Positions 1 to 54,200 of a stretch of DNA of 64,000 nt are shown here, piece after piece (position 1 is the stretch's first letter; each line of letters opens with the position of its first letter). Origin of the DNA: Thermoanaerobaculia bacterium. GTDB lineage: Bacteria > Acidobacteriota > Thermoanaerobaculia > Multivoradales > UBA5704. The notes under the pieces are model-generated. The model was not told where the DNA came from. It did no database searches and saw nothing but the letters and a program-made list of their open reading frames with translations. The translations under genes and the position numbers were made by a program. The stretch covers positions 1,286 through 65,285 of the forward strand of contig DATMZM010000208.1 of NCBI GenBank assembly GCA_035607445.1, read 5' to 3'.

Positions 1-42251
<42,251 letters not shown>

Positions 42252-42255
<4 letters not shown>

Positions 42256-45200
42256 GCGTGGACGAACTAGCGAGCACCGGCTCGCTCTTCGACGAACAGC
42301 TGGCACTCTATGAGCAGCTGCTCGCGGAGGAAGGTATCGAAGCGCCCGAGAGCGAGAGCATTCCGCTTCGCCCGGCCGGCGAGGCCACGCCGCTTTCGTT
42401 TGCGCAAGCACGCCTCTGGTTTCTCGACCGATGGCAGCCGGGAAGTTTCAATTACAACGTCTACACCGCCTATCGGTTGGCCATCGCGATTTCGCCGTGT
42501 CTCCTGGCGGCGAGCTTGCGAGAGGTCGTCGGGCGGCACGAGGCCTTACGGACGACGTTTGCCGAAATCGACGGTCGACCGGTCCAGCTCGTGAATCCGG
42601 ACCTCGCAGCGCCGCTCGCGGTGGTCGAGCTCTCCTCACTGCCCGAAGCGAGGCGAGAGGCGGAGGCTCAGCGCCTGGCGACCGTGGAGGCGAGATGTCC
42701 CTTCGATCTCGGCCGCGGGCCGCTCCTACGCGTCACGCTCGTCCAGCTCGGCGGCAGCCTCTCGATTCTGTTTGCCGTAATGCATCACATCGTCTCGGAC
42801 GGTTGGTCGATGGGCGTTTTGATGCGGGAGATCGTCACGCTCTACCGTGCGTTCGCGGCGGGCTGGCCCTCGCCATTGCCGCCGCAGCCGATTCAATTCG
42901 GAGATTTCGCGGCTTGGCAGCGCCGTCGCCTCTCCGGCGAGCATCTCGAGGCCGAGATCGCGTGGTGGCGCGAGCGTCTCGCAGGTGCGCCGACCGTACT
43001 CGAGCTGCCGACCGATCGCCCGCGGCCGCCGTTGCAGAGCTTTCGGGGCGCCGTCCGCTACATCACGCTGCCGGTCGACTTGGTCTCACCGTTGCGGGCT
43101 CTCGGTCGAGAGGAGGGAGCGACCCTGTTCATGGTCCTCCTCGCCGGCTTGGCAATCCTCCTCGAGCATGCGACGGGCCAAGACGATCTTCTCGTCGGTT
43201 CGCCAATTGCGAACCGCAACCGGCCTGAGCTCGAAACCGTCATTGGATTCTTCGTCAACATGCTTGTGCTTCGAGTCGATCTCGCCGGCCGGCCGAGCTT
43301 CCGCGAGCTCGCCCGCCGCCAGCGTGAGGCGACCTACAGCGCCTACGATCACCAGGACATTCCGTTCGAAAAATTGGTCGAGGAGCTGAAGCCGGAGCGC
43401 GACCTGTCCCGCTCGCCGCTCGCTCAGGTTCTGTTCACTCTCCAGAATCTTTCCGCACTCTCGCGTGGCGGCGGTGGTGGCGACGACGCCGATGCCATCG
43501 CATTGTTACCGATCTCGAATGGCACCGCGAAGTTCGATCTCCTGATTGCCCTATCGGAAGTGGAGGGAGAAGCGGTAGGAGCGATCGAGTACAGCGTCGA
43601 TCTCTTCGACGCCGCGACGATCGACCGCTTTGCCACCAACTGGCAGATCCTGCTCGAGGGATTGATCCGCGAGCCGGATCGGCCTGCGGCAGAGATACCT
43701 TGCTTGACCGAGGCCGAGAGCCGAGCCCTCGCCTCGTGGGGCGCTCCACGCTTCCGCGCGCCGGCTTTTTGTCTCCACGATGGCTTCGCGGAGCAGGCAG
43801 CGAAGCGGCCGGATGCCGTTGCGATTTCCCTCGGAGCGGAGATCCTGACTTACGGCGAGCTTGCGGCTCGTTCGAGCGCTCTGGCGCTCTACCTCACCTC
43901 GCTCGGCGTCGAGCCCGGTGACCTCGTCGGGCTCTGCTTCGAGCGGTCGATCGAGATGGTCGTCGCGATTCTCGGAGCCTTGAAGGCCGGTGCGGCGTAC
44001 GTGCCCCTCGACCCGCACTATCCGCAGGAAAGACGCGAGCTTCTCGTTCAGGACAGTGGGGTTCGGGTCGTGCTCGCCCATGCGGGATTGGCCGAGAGTC
44101 TGCCGTCGCGCGGCGCACGCATGGTCACCCTCGACGAGGTTCGGTCCGGCTCCCAGCGTCGAGCAAGCATGCCTCTGGCGCAGGTCAGTCCGGAGTTTCC
44201 CGCTTACGTGATCTATACGTCCGGCTCGACGGGGAAACCCAAGGGTGTCACCGTGACGCATGCGAACGTCGCGCGTCTGTTCGCAGCGACGGACGAGTGG
44301 TTCGGCTTCGGCGAGAGGGACGTTTGGACGCTCTTTCATTCCTACGCCTTCGACTTTTCGGTCTGGGAGCTGTGGGGCGCTCTGCTCTATGGCGGGCGCC
44401 TGGTGATCGTGCCGTATTGGACGAGCCGTACCGCCGAGGAATTTCACGACCTTGTGGCGAATGAGGGGGTCACGATACTCAATCAGACTCCGTCCGCCTT
44501 CCGCCAGTTTGTCCGGGTGGACGAAGAGCGCCCTTGTGCCCTGCTCGCCTTGCGCTCGGTGGTGTTCGGTGGCGAGGCGCTCGATCTTGCGAGCCTCGGC
44601 CACTGGTTCGACAGACGAAGGGCGTCGAGCCCGCGCTTGATCAACATGTACGGCATCACAGAGACGACGGTGCACGTGACCTACCGCGAGTTGGCACCGG
44701 CGGACGTTCACCCCTGGGTGGGCACGCCGATCGGTGTCGGGATCGGCGACCTGACCGTGCGCGTGCTCGATCGGCGAGGTGAGAACACGGGGATCGGCAT
44801 CCCCGGCGAGCTTTCTATCGGCGGAGCGGGCGTGGCCAGAGGTTACCTCGGACGTCCGGAGCTGACGGCGGAGAAGTTCGTGCCCGATCCCTGGGGGGAG
44901 GCGGGCTCGCGCCGCTACCGGTCGGGCGATCTTGGGCGTTTCCGGGGCGATGGCGAGATCGAATACCTCGGGCGGATCGATCATCAGGTGAAGGTGCGCG
45001 GCTTCCGGATCGAGCTCGGGGAGATCGAATCGGCGCTCGCGAGCCATCCGGGAGTGCGCGAAGCGGTCGTCGTTTTACGAGGCGAGACGCTCGTCGGGTA
45101 TTGGGTTGGGCGCCAGGGAGAAGATCCGCCGGGGCGTGCGCTGCGCGAATTTCTTCTCGACCGCCTTCCCGAGCACATGGTGCCAGGCCGCTTGATGGAG

Positions 45201-48200
45201 CTGCCCGAGTTGCCGCTCACCGTGCATGGCAAGATCGATCGCCGTGCGCTGCCGGCGCCCGAAGGGCGTGACGCGGGAGTCGGCTACGAGGCGCCGCGAA
45301 CCGCGGTCGAAGAGGTGCTGGCTGGCGTTTGGAGCCGCGTGCTCGAAGTCGAGGTCGTGGGGGTCGGCGACAACTTCTTCGCGCTCGGCGGCGACTCGAT
45401 TCGCAGCCTGCAGGTTCTCTCGCTTGCACGGGAGCGGGGCTTGTCCCTTTCGGTCCAAGACATCTTCCGTCATCAGACGATCGCCGAGCTGGCCGTGCAG
45501 GCAGTCGGCACGGACGAAGTTGCGGCCGAGTCGGATGGCGGACCGTTCAGCCTGGTCTCCGACGAAGACCGGCGACTGCTTTCCGTACGCATTGCGGATG
45601 CGGAGGATGCCTATCCGCTCGCGCGGTTGCAAGCGGGCATGTTGCTCCATATGGCGCTCTCGCCGGACGAGCCTCCCTACCACAACGTCGATAGCTGGCG
45701 GCTGCGCGCCCGGCTGCAGCCCTGGGCTTTGCGGCGCGCTGCTCGGGAGGTGGCGGCGCGGCACCCGGCGATGCGCACTTCGTTCCATCTCGAAGGCTTC
45801 AGCGAGCCGCTCCAAGTCGTTCATCGCGAGGCGGCGTTGCCGATTTGGATCGCGGACTTGGGCGGATTGCCTCCCGCTTTTCGAGAGGGCGAGATCGCGC
45901 GCTATTCCCGCGGCGAGAAGGGGCATCTCTTCGAGCTCGGCCAATCGCCGCAATTGCGGTTCGTCATCCATCGGATCGATGGCGACCTGTTTCAGATGAC
46001 GATGACCGAGAACCATGCCATTTTCGATGGCTGGAGCCTGCACGCGACCCTACGGGAAATGTTCGGCCGGGCCTTCGATCTCCAGCGCGGCGACGAAACC
46101 CCCTTGCCCCCTCCTCCGCGTCTGACCTATCGGGAATTCGTGCGGCTCGAGCGCGAGATCGTCGCGTCGAAGGTAGCGGAGCGTTTTTGGGAAGACCAGC
46201 TTTCCGGGGCCTCCGTTCTTCTCCTGCCACGCCTGCGGACGGCACAAGAGGAAGGCGGTCCGCGCGTTCACGCGCAGGTCTTCCCGGCGCCCCCGGATCT
46301 CTCCGAGAGCTTGGAGCGCCTCGCCCTCGAAGTCGCCGTGCCCATCAAGTCCGTGATGTTGGCGGCCCACTTGCGCGCGCTCTCCGTCCTTACCGGCGCG
46401 ACGGATGTGATCACCGGCACCGTCTTCAACGGCAGACCCGAAGCGCCCGATGGAGCGGAAGTGAGAGGGTTGTTCCTCAACACCCTGCCGCTACGCGTCC
46501 AGCTGGGGGGCGGCACCTTCAGGCAGCTGATTCGAACGGCGTTCGAGGCGGAGCGGGAGCTTCTGCCAACCCGCCGTTTGCCGCTCGCAGAGCTGCAGAG
46601 GCGCCAGGGTGGCGGCGCCCTGTTCGAGGTTTTGTTCAATTACATCCACTTTCATGTCGTCGAGAGCTTGCTGCGATCAGGTGAGATTGAGGTTCTCGGT
46701 TTCGAAGGGCGCGAGGGAACGAACTATCCGCTGCACGTGGTCTGCACGCCCGGGCATCTCGACCGTGGGCTCAAGGTGACCCTCGAATACGATGCCGAGA
46801 TCTTCGGACGCCAGCAGATCGAGGCGTTCGGCGGTACGTACCTGCGAGTCCTTCAGGCGATGGCCGACGCCCCGGATGCGCGCTACGACGAGACCTCCTT
46901 GCTCTCTGAAGAGGAACGGCGACAGCTCCTCGTCCATCTGAACGCGACGGAACGAGCCTGGTCTCGCGAAGCGAAGGGGACCGTGCCCGCAGCGATCGCC
47001 GAGCGATCGCAGCGCGCTTCCGGCCGCGTGGCCGTCGTCTGCGGTGGAGAGGAGCTGACCTATGGGCAGCTCGTGCAGCGGGCGGATCGCCTGGCGTGGC
47101 TCCTCCGGCAGCTCGGTGCTGGCCGGGAGGTGCTCGTCGGGATTGCCCTCGAGCGGTCCCTCGCCCTCGCCGTCGGCACGCTCGGAGTACTCGCCACAGG
47201 CGCCGCCTACGTTCCGCTCGATCCCTCCTACCCAGCGGACCGGCTCAGCTTCATGGCCGAGGATTCGGGCGTCGCGGTATTGGTGACGGACGAGGCGATC
47301 GTCGACTGGCCCGGCTTCGCGGGCGAAGTCGTGCGGCTCACGACGGACGGTGTCCTCGTAACTTCCGCAGCCTGTGAGGGCGATTTATCTCTCGCGAGCA
47401 GCGCTCTGCCCGACAATCTGGCCTACGTCATCTACACCTCGGGTTCGACGGGGCGGCCCAAAGGCGTGCAGGTCTCCCATGCTGCGTTGTGGAATTTCCT
47501 TCAGTCGATGCTCGAGCGTCCCGGTTTTGTCGAGGACGATGTCCTCGTCGCGGTGACTTCGCTCTCGTTCGACATCGCCGGACTGGAACTCTATGGTCCG
47601 TTGCTCGCTGGCGCCCGCGTGGTGGTGGCGACCCGCGAGGAGACGACCGACGGCAAGCGCCTCGCCGCATTGATCGAAGCGAGCGGCGCGACGGTGATGC
47701 AGGCGACTCCCGCGGGGTGGCGTCTCCTCGTCGAGTCCGGTTGGCTCGGCTCACCGCGGCTCAAGGCCCTTTGCGGCGGTGAGGCGCTGGCTCCAGCGCT
47801 CGCCGCGACCCTCCTCGATCGAGTCGGTGAGCTGTGGAACCTCTATGGGCCCACCGAGACCACGATCTGGTCGACCATCGAACAAATCTCGAAGGCAGGG
47901 GACTTCACGATCGGTCTGCCCATCGCCAATACGCGAGTCTTCGTGGCCGATGCGTTCGGAAGGCTCGCGCCGGTCGGCGTTCCGGGCGAGCTTTGGATCG
48001 GCGGCACGGGTCTCGCGCGTGGGTACAAAGGGCGCCCCGACCTCACCGCCGAACGGTTCATTCCAGACGGTTTGAGTCCGAGTCCATCCGAGGTGGGCCC
48101 AGGCAGTGACGGTGGGCGGTTGTACAGGACAGGCGATCTCGCTCGCGTTCTGCCGGATGGGCGCATCGAATGCCTGGGCCGCCTCGACTCTCAAGTGAAG

Positions 48201-51200
48201 GTGAGAGGTTACCGAATCGAGCTCGGCGAGATCGAAGCGGTGCTCGGTGCGCATCCGGGAGTTGCCGCCGCGGCCGTCATCGCTTGGGATCTCGCGAGCG
48301 GCGACCGGCAGCTCGCGGCCTACGTCGTGCCCAACGGAGTTGAAGTTCCAGGGCACTTGGAGCTCGGCAGTTTTCTCCGCGAGCGCTTGCCGGACTACAT
48401 GGTGCCCGTCGTTTTCGTCGCGCTCGAGCGATTGCCTTTGACGCCCAATGGCAAGGTCGATCGCAAGGCTCTTCCCCGGCCGGCGGCGCGAGTGACCGCG
48501 GATTTCGTGGCACCGCGTACGCCCACCGAGGAAGTGCTTGCCGGTTTGTGGGCGGACGTGCTCAAGATCGATGGGGTCGGCGCTCACGATCGCTTCTTCG
48601 ACCTCGGCGGCCACTCTCTGCTCGCGACTCGGCTGGCTTCCCGCGTGCGCGAATCCTTCGGTGTCGAGCTGCCGCTACGCGTGCTGTTCGACAGCCCAAC
48701 TTTGGAGGGCTTCGCGGCGGCGATCGATACGGTTCTCGGGAACCCGATCGCCGCATTGGCACCGCCCCTCGTCAGGGTATCGAGGAACGGCGATCCACCG
48801 CTCTCGTTCGCCCAGGAACGCCTCTGGTTTCTCGACCGGCTTCAGCCCGGCTCCCCGGCGTACAACGTTCCTGCGGCAGTCCGCCTGACGGGCGACCTCG
48901 GCGTCAAGGCGCTGGCCGCGGCGCTCGACGAGGTCGTGCGACGCCACGAGTCATTGCGAACGACGTTTCGCATCGATCTGGGCCGCCCGGTCCAGGTGAT
49001 CGCTCCGGAGACCCAGTTCGCGCTTCGCCGGATCGACCTTGCCGGCCTGGATCTCGTTCGAACGGAAGGACACCTCAGCGATCTCGCCGCCCGCGAAGCG
49101 CTCCAACCGTTCGACCTTGCGACCGGCCCGCTCGTTCGAGCGACGCTGGTCTCGCTCGAGCGCGGCGAGCATGCGCTCCTTCTGACTCTCCATCACATCG
49201 TGTCGGACGCCTGGTCGATGGGAATTCTCGTCGCGGAAGTGGCACGGCTCTACGCATCGTTCGCGAGGGGCTTGCCGTCTGAGCTTCCGGCTCTTCCGGT
49301 TCAATACGCCGACTATGCCGTCTGGCAGCGAGAATGGCTCCGCGGCGATCCGCTCGCCGAACAGCTCGCCTATTGGCGTCGCATCCTCGAGGACGCACCG
49401 GTCTTGGTTTTGCCGGCCGACCGCCCGCGCGCGCCGCTCCAGAGTTACCGCGGAGCAAGCCGGCCACTCGGGATCGGCCGGCCGCTCGCCGAGCCGTTGC
49501 GCGCGCTCGGCCGCCAGCGCGGATCGACCCTCTTCATGACCTTGTTCGCCGCGTTCCAGGCGCTGCTGCATCGGCTCACCGGACAGGACGATCTCGTCGT
49601 CGGCTCGACGATTGCGGGACGGACGCACCGAGAGCTCGAGCCTCTGGTCGGTTTCTTCGTCAACGCTCTGGCGCTTCGCACCGACCTCGCGGGCGATCCG
49701 CCTTTCGATGCCCTCGTGGCCAGCGTACGGGAAACCGCTCTCGGCGCCTTTGCGCATCAGGACTTGCCGTTCGAGAAGCTGGTCGCGGAGATCCAGCCGG
49801 AGCGTGACCTCTCTCGCTCACCGATTTTCCAGGTGCTCTTTCAACTCCAGAACGCTCCCGCAGCTGCCCTGCCGAATGCCGGCATCGCGACTGGCGCGTC
49901 GGGGGTCGAGATCCGGCCGATGGGACAGGAAAGCCAGAGCGCGAAGTTCGATCTGGTGGTGACCGCCATGGATCGGGGCGGCGTGCTGTCCGGCGATTGG
50001 AAATTCAACACGGATCTCTTCGAGCCGGCGACGATCGAAAGGATGGCCGCGCGCTTCGAAAGGCTTCTGACCGCTATCGTCGCCGAGCCGGAGCGGCGAC
50101 TCTCGGAATTGCCGCTCTTGGGTGAGGAGGAGCGCGAGCAGCTCCTGGCGGAGTGGGGCGTGGCGACGGCCGTGTTCGAAACCTTCTGTCTGCACGAGCG
50201 ATTCTCCGCGCAAGCGGCCCTGCGGCCGGAGGCGATCGCCGTCAGCCTGGGTGATTCGGTGCTCACCTACGGTGCGCTCGAGCGGCAGGCGAACGCTCTG
50301 GCGAGCCGTCTCGAGAGCCTGGGCGTCCTTCCGGGCGATTTAATTGGGCTGTGCTTCGAGCGGTCGCTCGAGATGGTGGTGGCGGTCGTAGGTACTCTCA
50401 AAGCCAGTGCGGCGTACGTGCCTCTCGATCCTCAGTACCCGCAGGAGAGGCTCGCTTTCCTTCTCGAAGACAGCGGAGTCCAGATCCTTCTGACTCAGAC
50501 CTCATTGCTCGGTGCTCTCCCATCGCAGGGCGCCCAGGTGGTGACGCTCGACGACGGACGCCGCAAAGGCCTGGGCCAGGGAGGTGCAGGAGCGTCTGCT
50601 CCGCGCTCGTCAGCGTCGGAGCTTCCGGCGTACGTGATCTACACGTCGGGCTCGACGGGCCAGCCGAAGGGTATGGTCGTTACGCATGCGAACGCATCGC
50701 GGCTCTTCGTGGCGACGTCGCCGTGGTTCGGGTTTGGGCCCGAGGACGTGTGGACTCTGTTCCACTCGATGGCCTTCGACTTCTCGGTCTGGGAGCTGTG
50801 GGGTCCGCTCTTGTCCGGAGGCCGGTTGGTCGTGGTTCCGTACTGGTTGAGCCGTTCTCCCGCGGGCTTCTTCGACCTTCTGGCCGAGGAGCGGGTGACG
50901 GTGTTGAGCCAGACGCCGTCGGCATTCCGGCAACTGATCTGGGTGGACGCAGCGGCGGACCCCGCGGCTCTCGCATTGCGCGAAGTGGTCTTTGGAGGCG
51001 AGGCGTTGGACCTCGGCAGCTTGGCTCCCTGGTTCGCACGGCACGGCGATCGGCATCCTCGTCTGGTCAACATGTACGGGATCACCGAGACGACGGTGCA
51101 CGTGACGTACCGGCCTCTGCTCGCTGGGGACGTGGCGCGAGGGAGCGTCGTGGGGCAGGCGATTCCGGACCTGTCGGTGATCGTGATGGATCTGCAAAAC

Positions 51201-54200
51201 GGTCTGGAGCCGGCTCCGATCGGGGCTCCGGGGGAGATCTTCGTCGGTGGCGCCGGATTGGCGTTGGGCTACCTGGGCCGCCCGGAGTTGACGGCCGCAC
51301 GGTTCGTGCCCGACCCGTTCAGCGATAGGGGCGGCGAGCGCCTGTACCGTTCGGGAGATCGCGCGCGCCGCTTGGCGGATGGGGATTTGGAGTACCTGGG
51401 CCGGATCGATCATCAGGTCAAGATCCGGGGTTTCCGGATCGAGCTCGGCGAGATCGAGGCGGCGATCCTTGGCTTGCCGGGCGTGCGAGAGTGCGTGGTG
51501 CTAGCGCGCGCGGAGGCGAACGGTGAGACACGTCTGGTTGCGTATGCGGTAGGCGACGCGGTGCCCTCGCTCGCGGAGCTGCGGGCGGACCTGGCGGCGA
51601 GGTTGCCGGAGTACATGGTGCCGTCTGCGCTGGTCGAGCTGGCGCAATTGCCTTTGACGGCGCACGGCAAGTTGGACCGGCGGGCCTTGCCGGCTCCGGA
51701 GTGGACGCGTCCGGAGTCGGCGGAATCGGTGGCGCCGCGGACGGCTCTCGAGCGTTATTTGGCAGATCGCTGGCGCGAGGTGCTGGGGATCGAGCGCGTG
51801 GGCGCGGAGGGCGACTTCTTCGAGCTCGGAGGCAATTCGATCAGCGGCGCGGTCCTGATCAACCGCTTGCAGCAGGAGCTCGGCGAGATCGTACAGGTGG
51901 TGGTGATCTTCGATCGATCGCGGTTGTCGGATCTCGCGCGGTATCTCGAAGCGGAGCATCCGGCGGGCGTTGCGCGGCTGGTGGGCGCGGTGGGTGAGAC
52001 GCAGGAGCGATCGTCGTCGTCGCGGGTGGATGAAGCGAAGGTGGCTCTGCTCAAATCGCTCGTGCGTCCGCTCGCGCCGGCGAGCGGAGGGGAGTCGGTC
52101 AAGAATCCGCCGGTTCTGTTCGTGCTGTCGCCGCCGCGATCGGGGACGACGCTGTTGCGCGTGATGCTGGGCGGTCATCCGCGCCTCTTCGCGCCGCCGG
52201 AGCTGGAGCTGCTGTCGTATCGGACGATGTCGGAGCGCCGGGAGGCGTTTTCGGGTCGTGACAGCTTCTGGCTCGAGGGGGTCTTGCGCGCGGTGATGGA
52301 GCTGCGCGGGTGCGAGGTCGAGACGGCGCGCGAATTCGTCGAGTCGTGCGAGAGGGCGGGGATGACGACGCTGGCCTTCTACGGCGTGCTGGCTTCCGAG
52401 CTGGGCGACCGGATGCTGGTCGACAAGACGCCGTCGTACGCGCTCGATCCGGCGATCCTCCGTCGAGGAGAAGAGGAATTCGCGGGGGCTCGGTATCTGC
52501 ATCTGGTGCGGCATCCGGGCGGGATGGTGCGCTCATTCGAAGAGGCGAAGCTGGATCAGGTGTTCTTCCGCCGGGAGCACCCGTTCGAGCGCCGGGAGCT
52601 GGCGGAGCTGATCTGGGACGTGAGCCAGGAAAACATCCTGGAGCTCTTGGCGGACGTTCCTCGAGAGCGGCAGCATCGGGTGGTGTTCGAGGATCTGGTG
52701 CGGGACCCGGAAGGGGTGCTGCGGGGCGTGTGCGCGTGGATGGGTCTCGAGTACGCGCCGTCGATGGCAGCGCCGTACGAAGAGGTCTCGTCGCGGCGAA
52801 TGACGGACGGCCCGCACGCGGCGTCGCGAATGTTGGGGGACGTGAAGTTCCTCGGCCACGGAGGAGTCAAGGCCGAGGTGGCGGAAGGCTGGCGGGAGGA
52901 CCTCGCGGAGGGAGACCTCGGCGCGCCGACGTGGGACCTCGCGGAGAGGCTCGGCTACTCTCGGAGGGTCGAGAGCCGGGAGCGGTGGGAGGCGATCCCT
53001 GCCGGATTGAGCGTTGTAGAAGGAGAAGCCCCGCTGTCGTTCGCGCAGGAGCGATTGTGGTTCCTGGATCAGCTGACGCCGGGCAGCGCGGTGTACAACG
53101 TGCCGCTTGCCCTGCGTCTGAAGGGTCACCTCGACGTCGCGGCGATGCGGGTTGCCCTGACGGGAGTGGTCGCCCGGCACGCGGTGCTGCGCACAACCTT
53201 CGGCGCGGTGAATAGCCGGGCGGTGCAGCGGACCGGCGGCATCGAGCCGTTCCCCTTGCATTGCGCGGACCTGAGGTTTCTGCCGGTTCGGGAGCGCGAG
53301 GGGGAGGCGCGGCGGTTGGCGACGGCGGAGGCGCGGCGACCGTTCGACTTGGCGCGGGGTCCGGTCGCGCGGGGCCTGGTGGTCCGGTTGGCGGCGGAGG
53401 AGCAGGCGGCGGTCTTGACGCTACACCACATCGTCTCAGACGGCTGGTCCTTGGGCATCCTGGTCCAGGAGCTGGTCGCTCTCTATGGCGCGGCGCTCGC
53501 GCGGGAAGCGGCGGAGCTGGCGCCTCTCGCGGTGCAGTACACGGACTATGCGGCGTGGCAGCGGACGTGGCTCGCCGGTGAGCGTCTGGAGCGGGAGCTC
53601 GGCTACTGGACGGATCGGCTGGCGGGCGCGTCGCGGCTCGCTCTGCCGACCGATCGCCCGCGGCCGCCCGTGCAAACGTTCCGCGGCGCGAGCCGTGGGG
53701 TGCGCCTGGCTCCGGACCTCGCGAAGCGCTTGGAAGAGGAATGCCGCCGCGAGGGCGCGACGGCGTTCATGGGTCTCGCGGCGGGATTCCAGGCTCTGCT
53801 GCACCGGTGGAGCGGCCAGGACGACGTGCTCGTGGGCACACCGATCGCGGGCCGCACGCGCGCCGAGGTCGAGGATCTGATCGGGCTGTTCGTCAACACG
53901 CTGGTGTTGCGAACCGGATTCGACGACGGCCCGAGCTATCGCGAGCTGCTCGGACGGGTACGGGCCGGGGCGGTGGCTGCCTACGCGCATCAGGAGGTGC
54001 CGTTCGAAAAGGTGGTCGAAGCTCTCGCGCCGTCGCGGGATCTGTCGCGCTCGCCGATCTTCGAGGTGATGTTCGCGGTGCAGAACGCGCCGGTCGTGGC
54101 GTTCGAGCTGCCGGGTCTACAGCTCGCGCCCTGGTCTCTCGGCGAGCCGCTGTCGAAGTTCGATCTGACGTTGACGCTGTCGCCGGAGACTCTGGCGGGT

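Noticed and set aside
45545-46960. Whether C* is a canonical epimerisation domain
   Set aside because: The E-domain core motifs (PIQxWF, EGHGRE, and FNYLGQ at the expected position) are not present in the right order. The 'FNYIHFH' block sits where the C7 region would be. I therefore call it a variant condensation-family domain, but the GGDSI PCP upstream keeps an epimerising or modifying role open.
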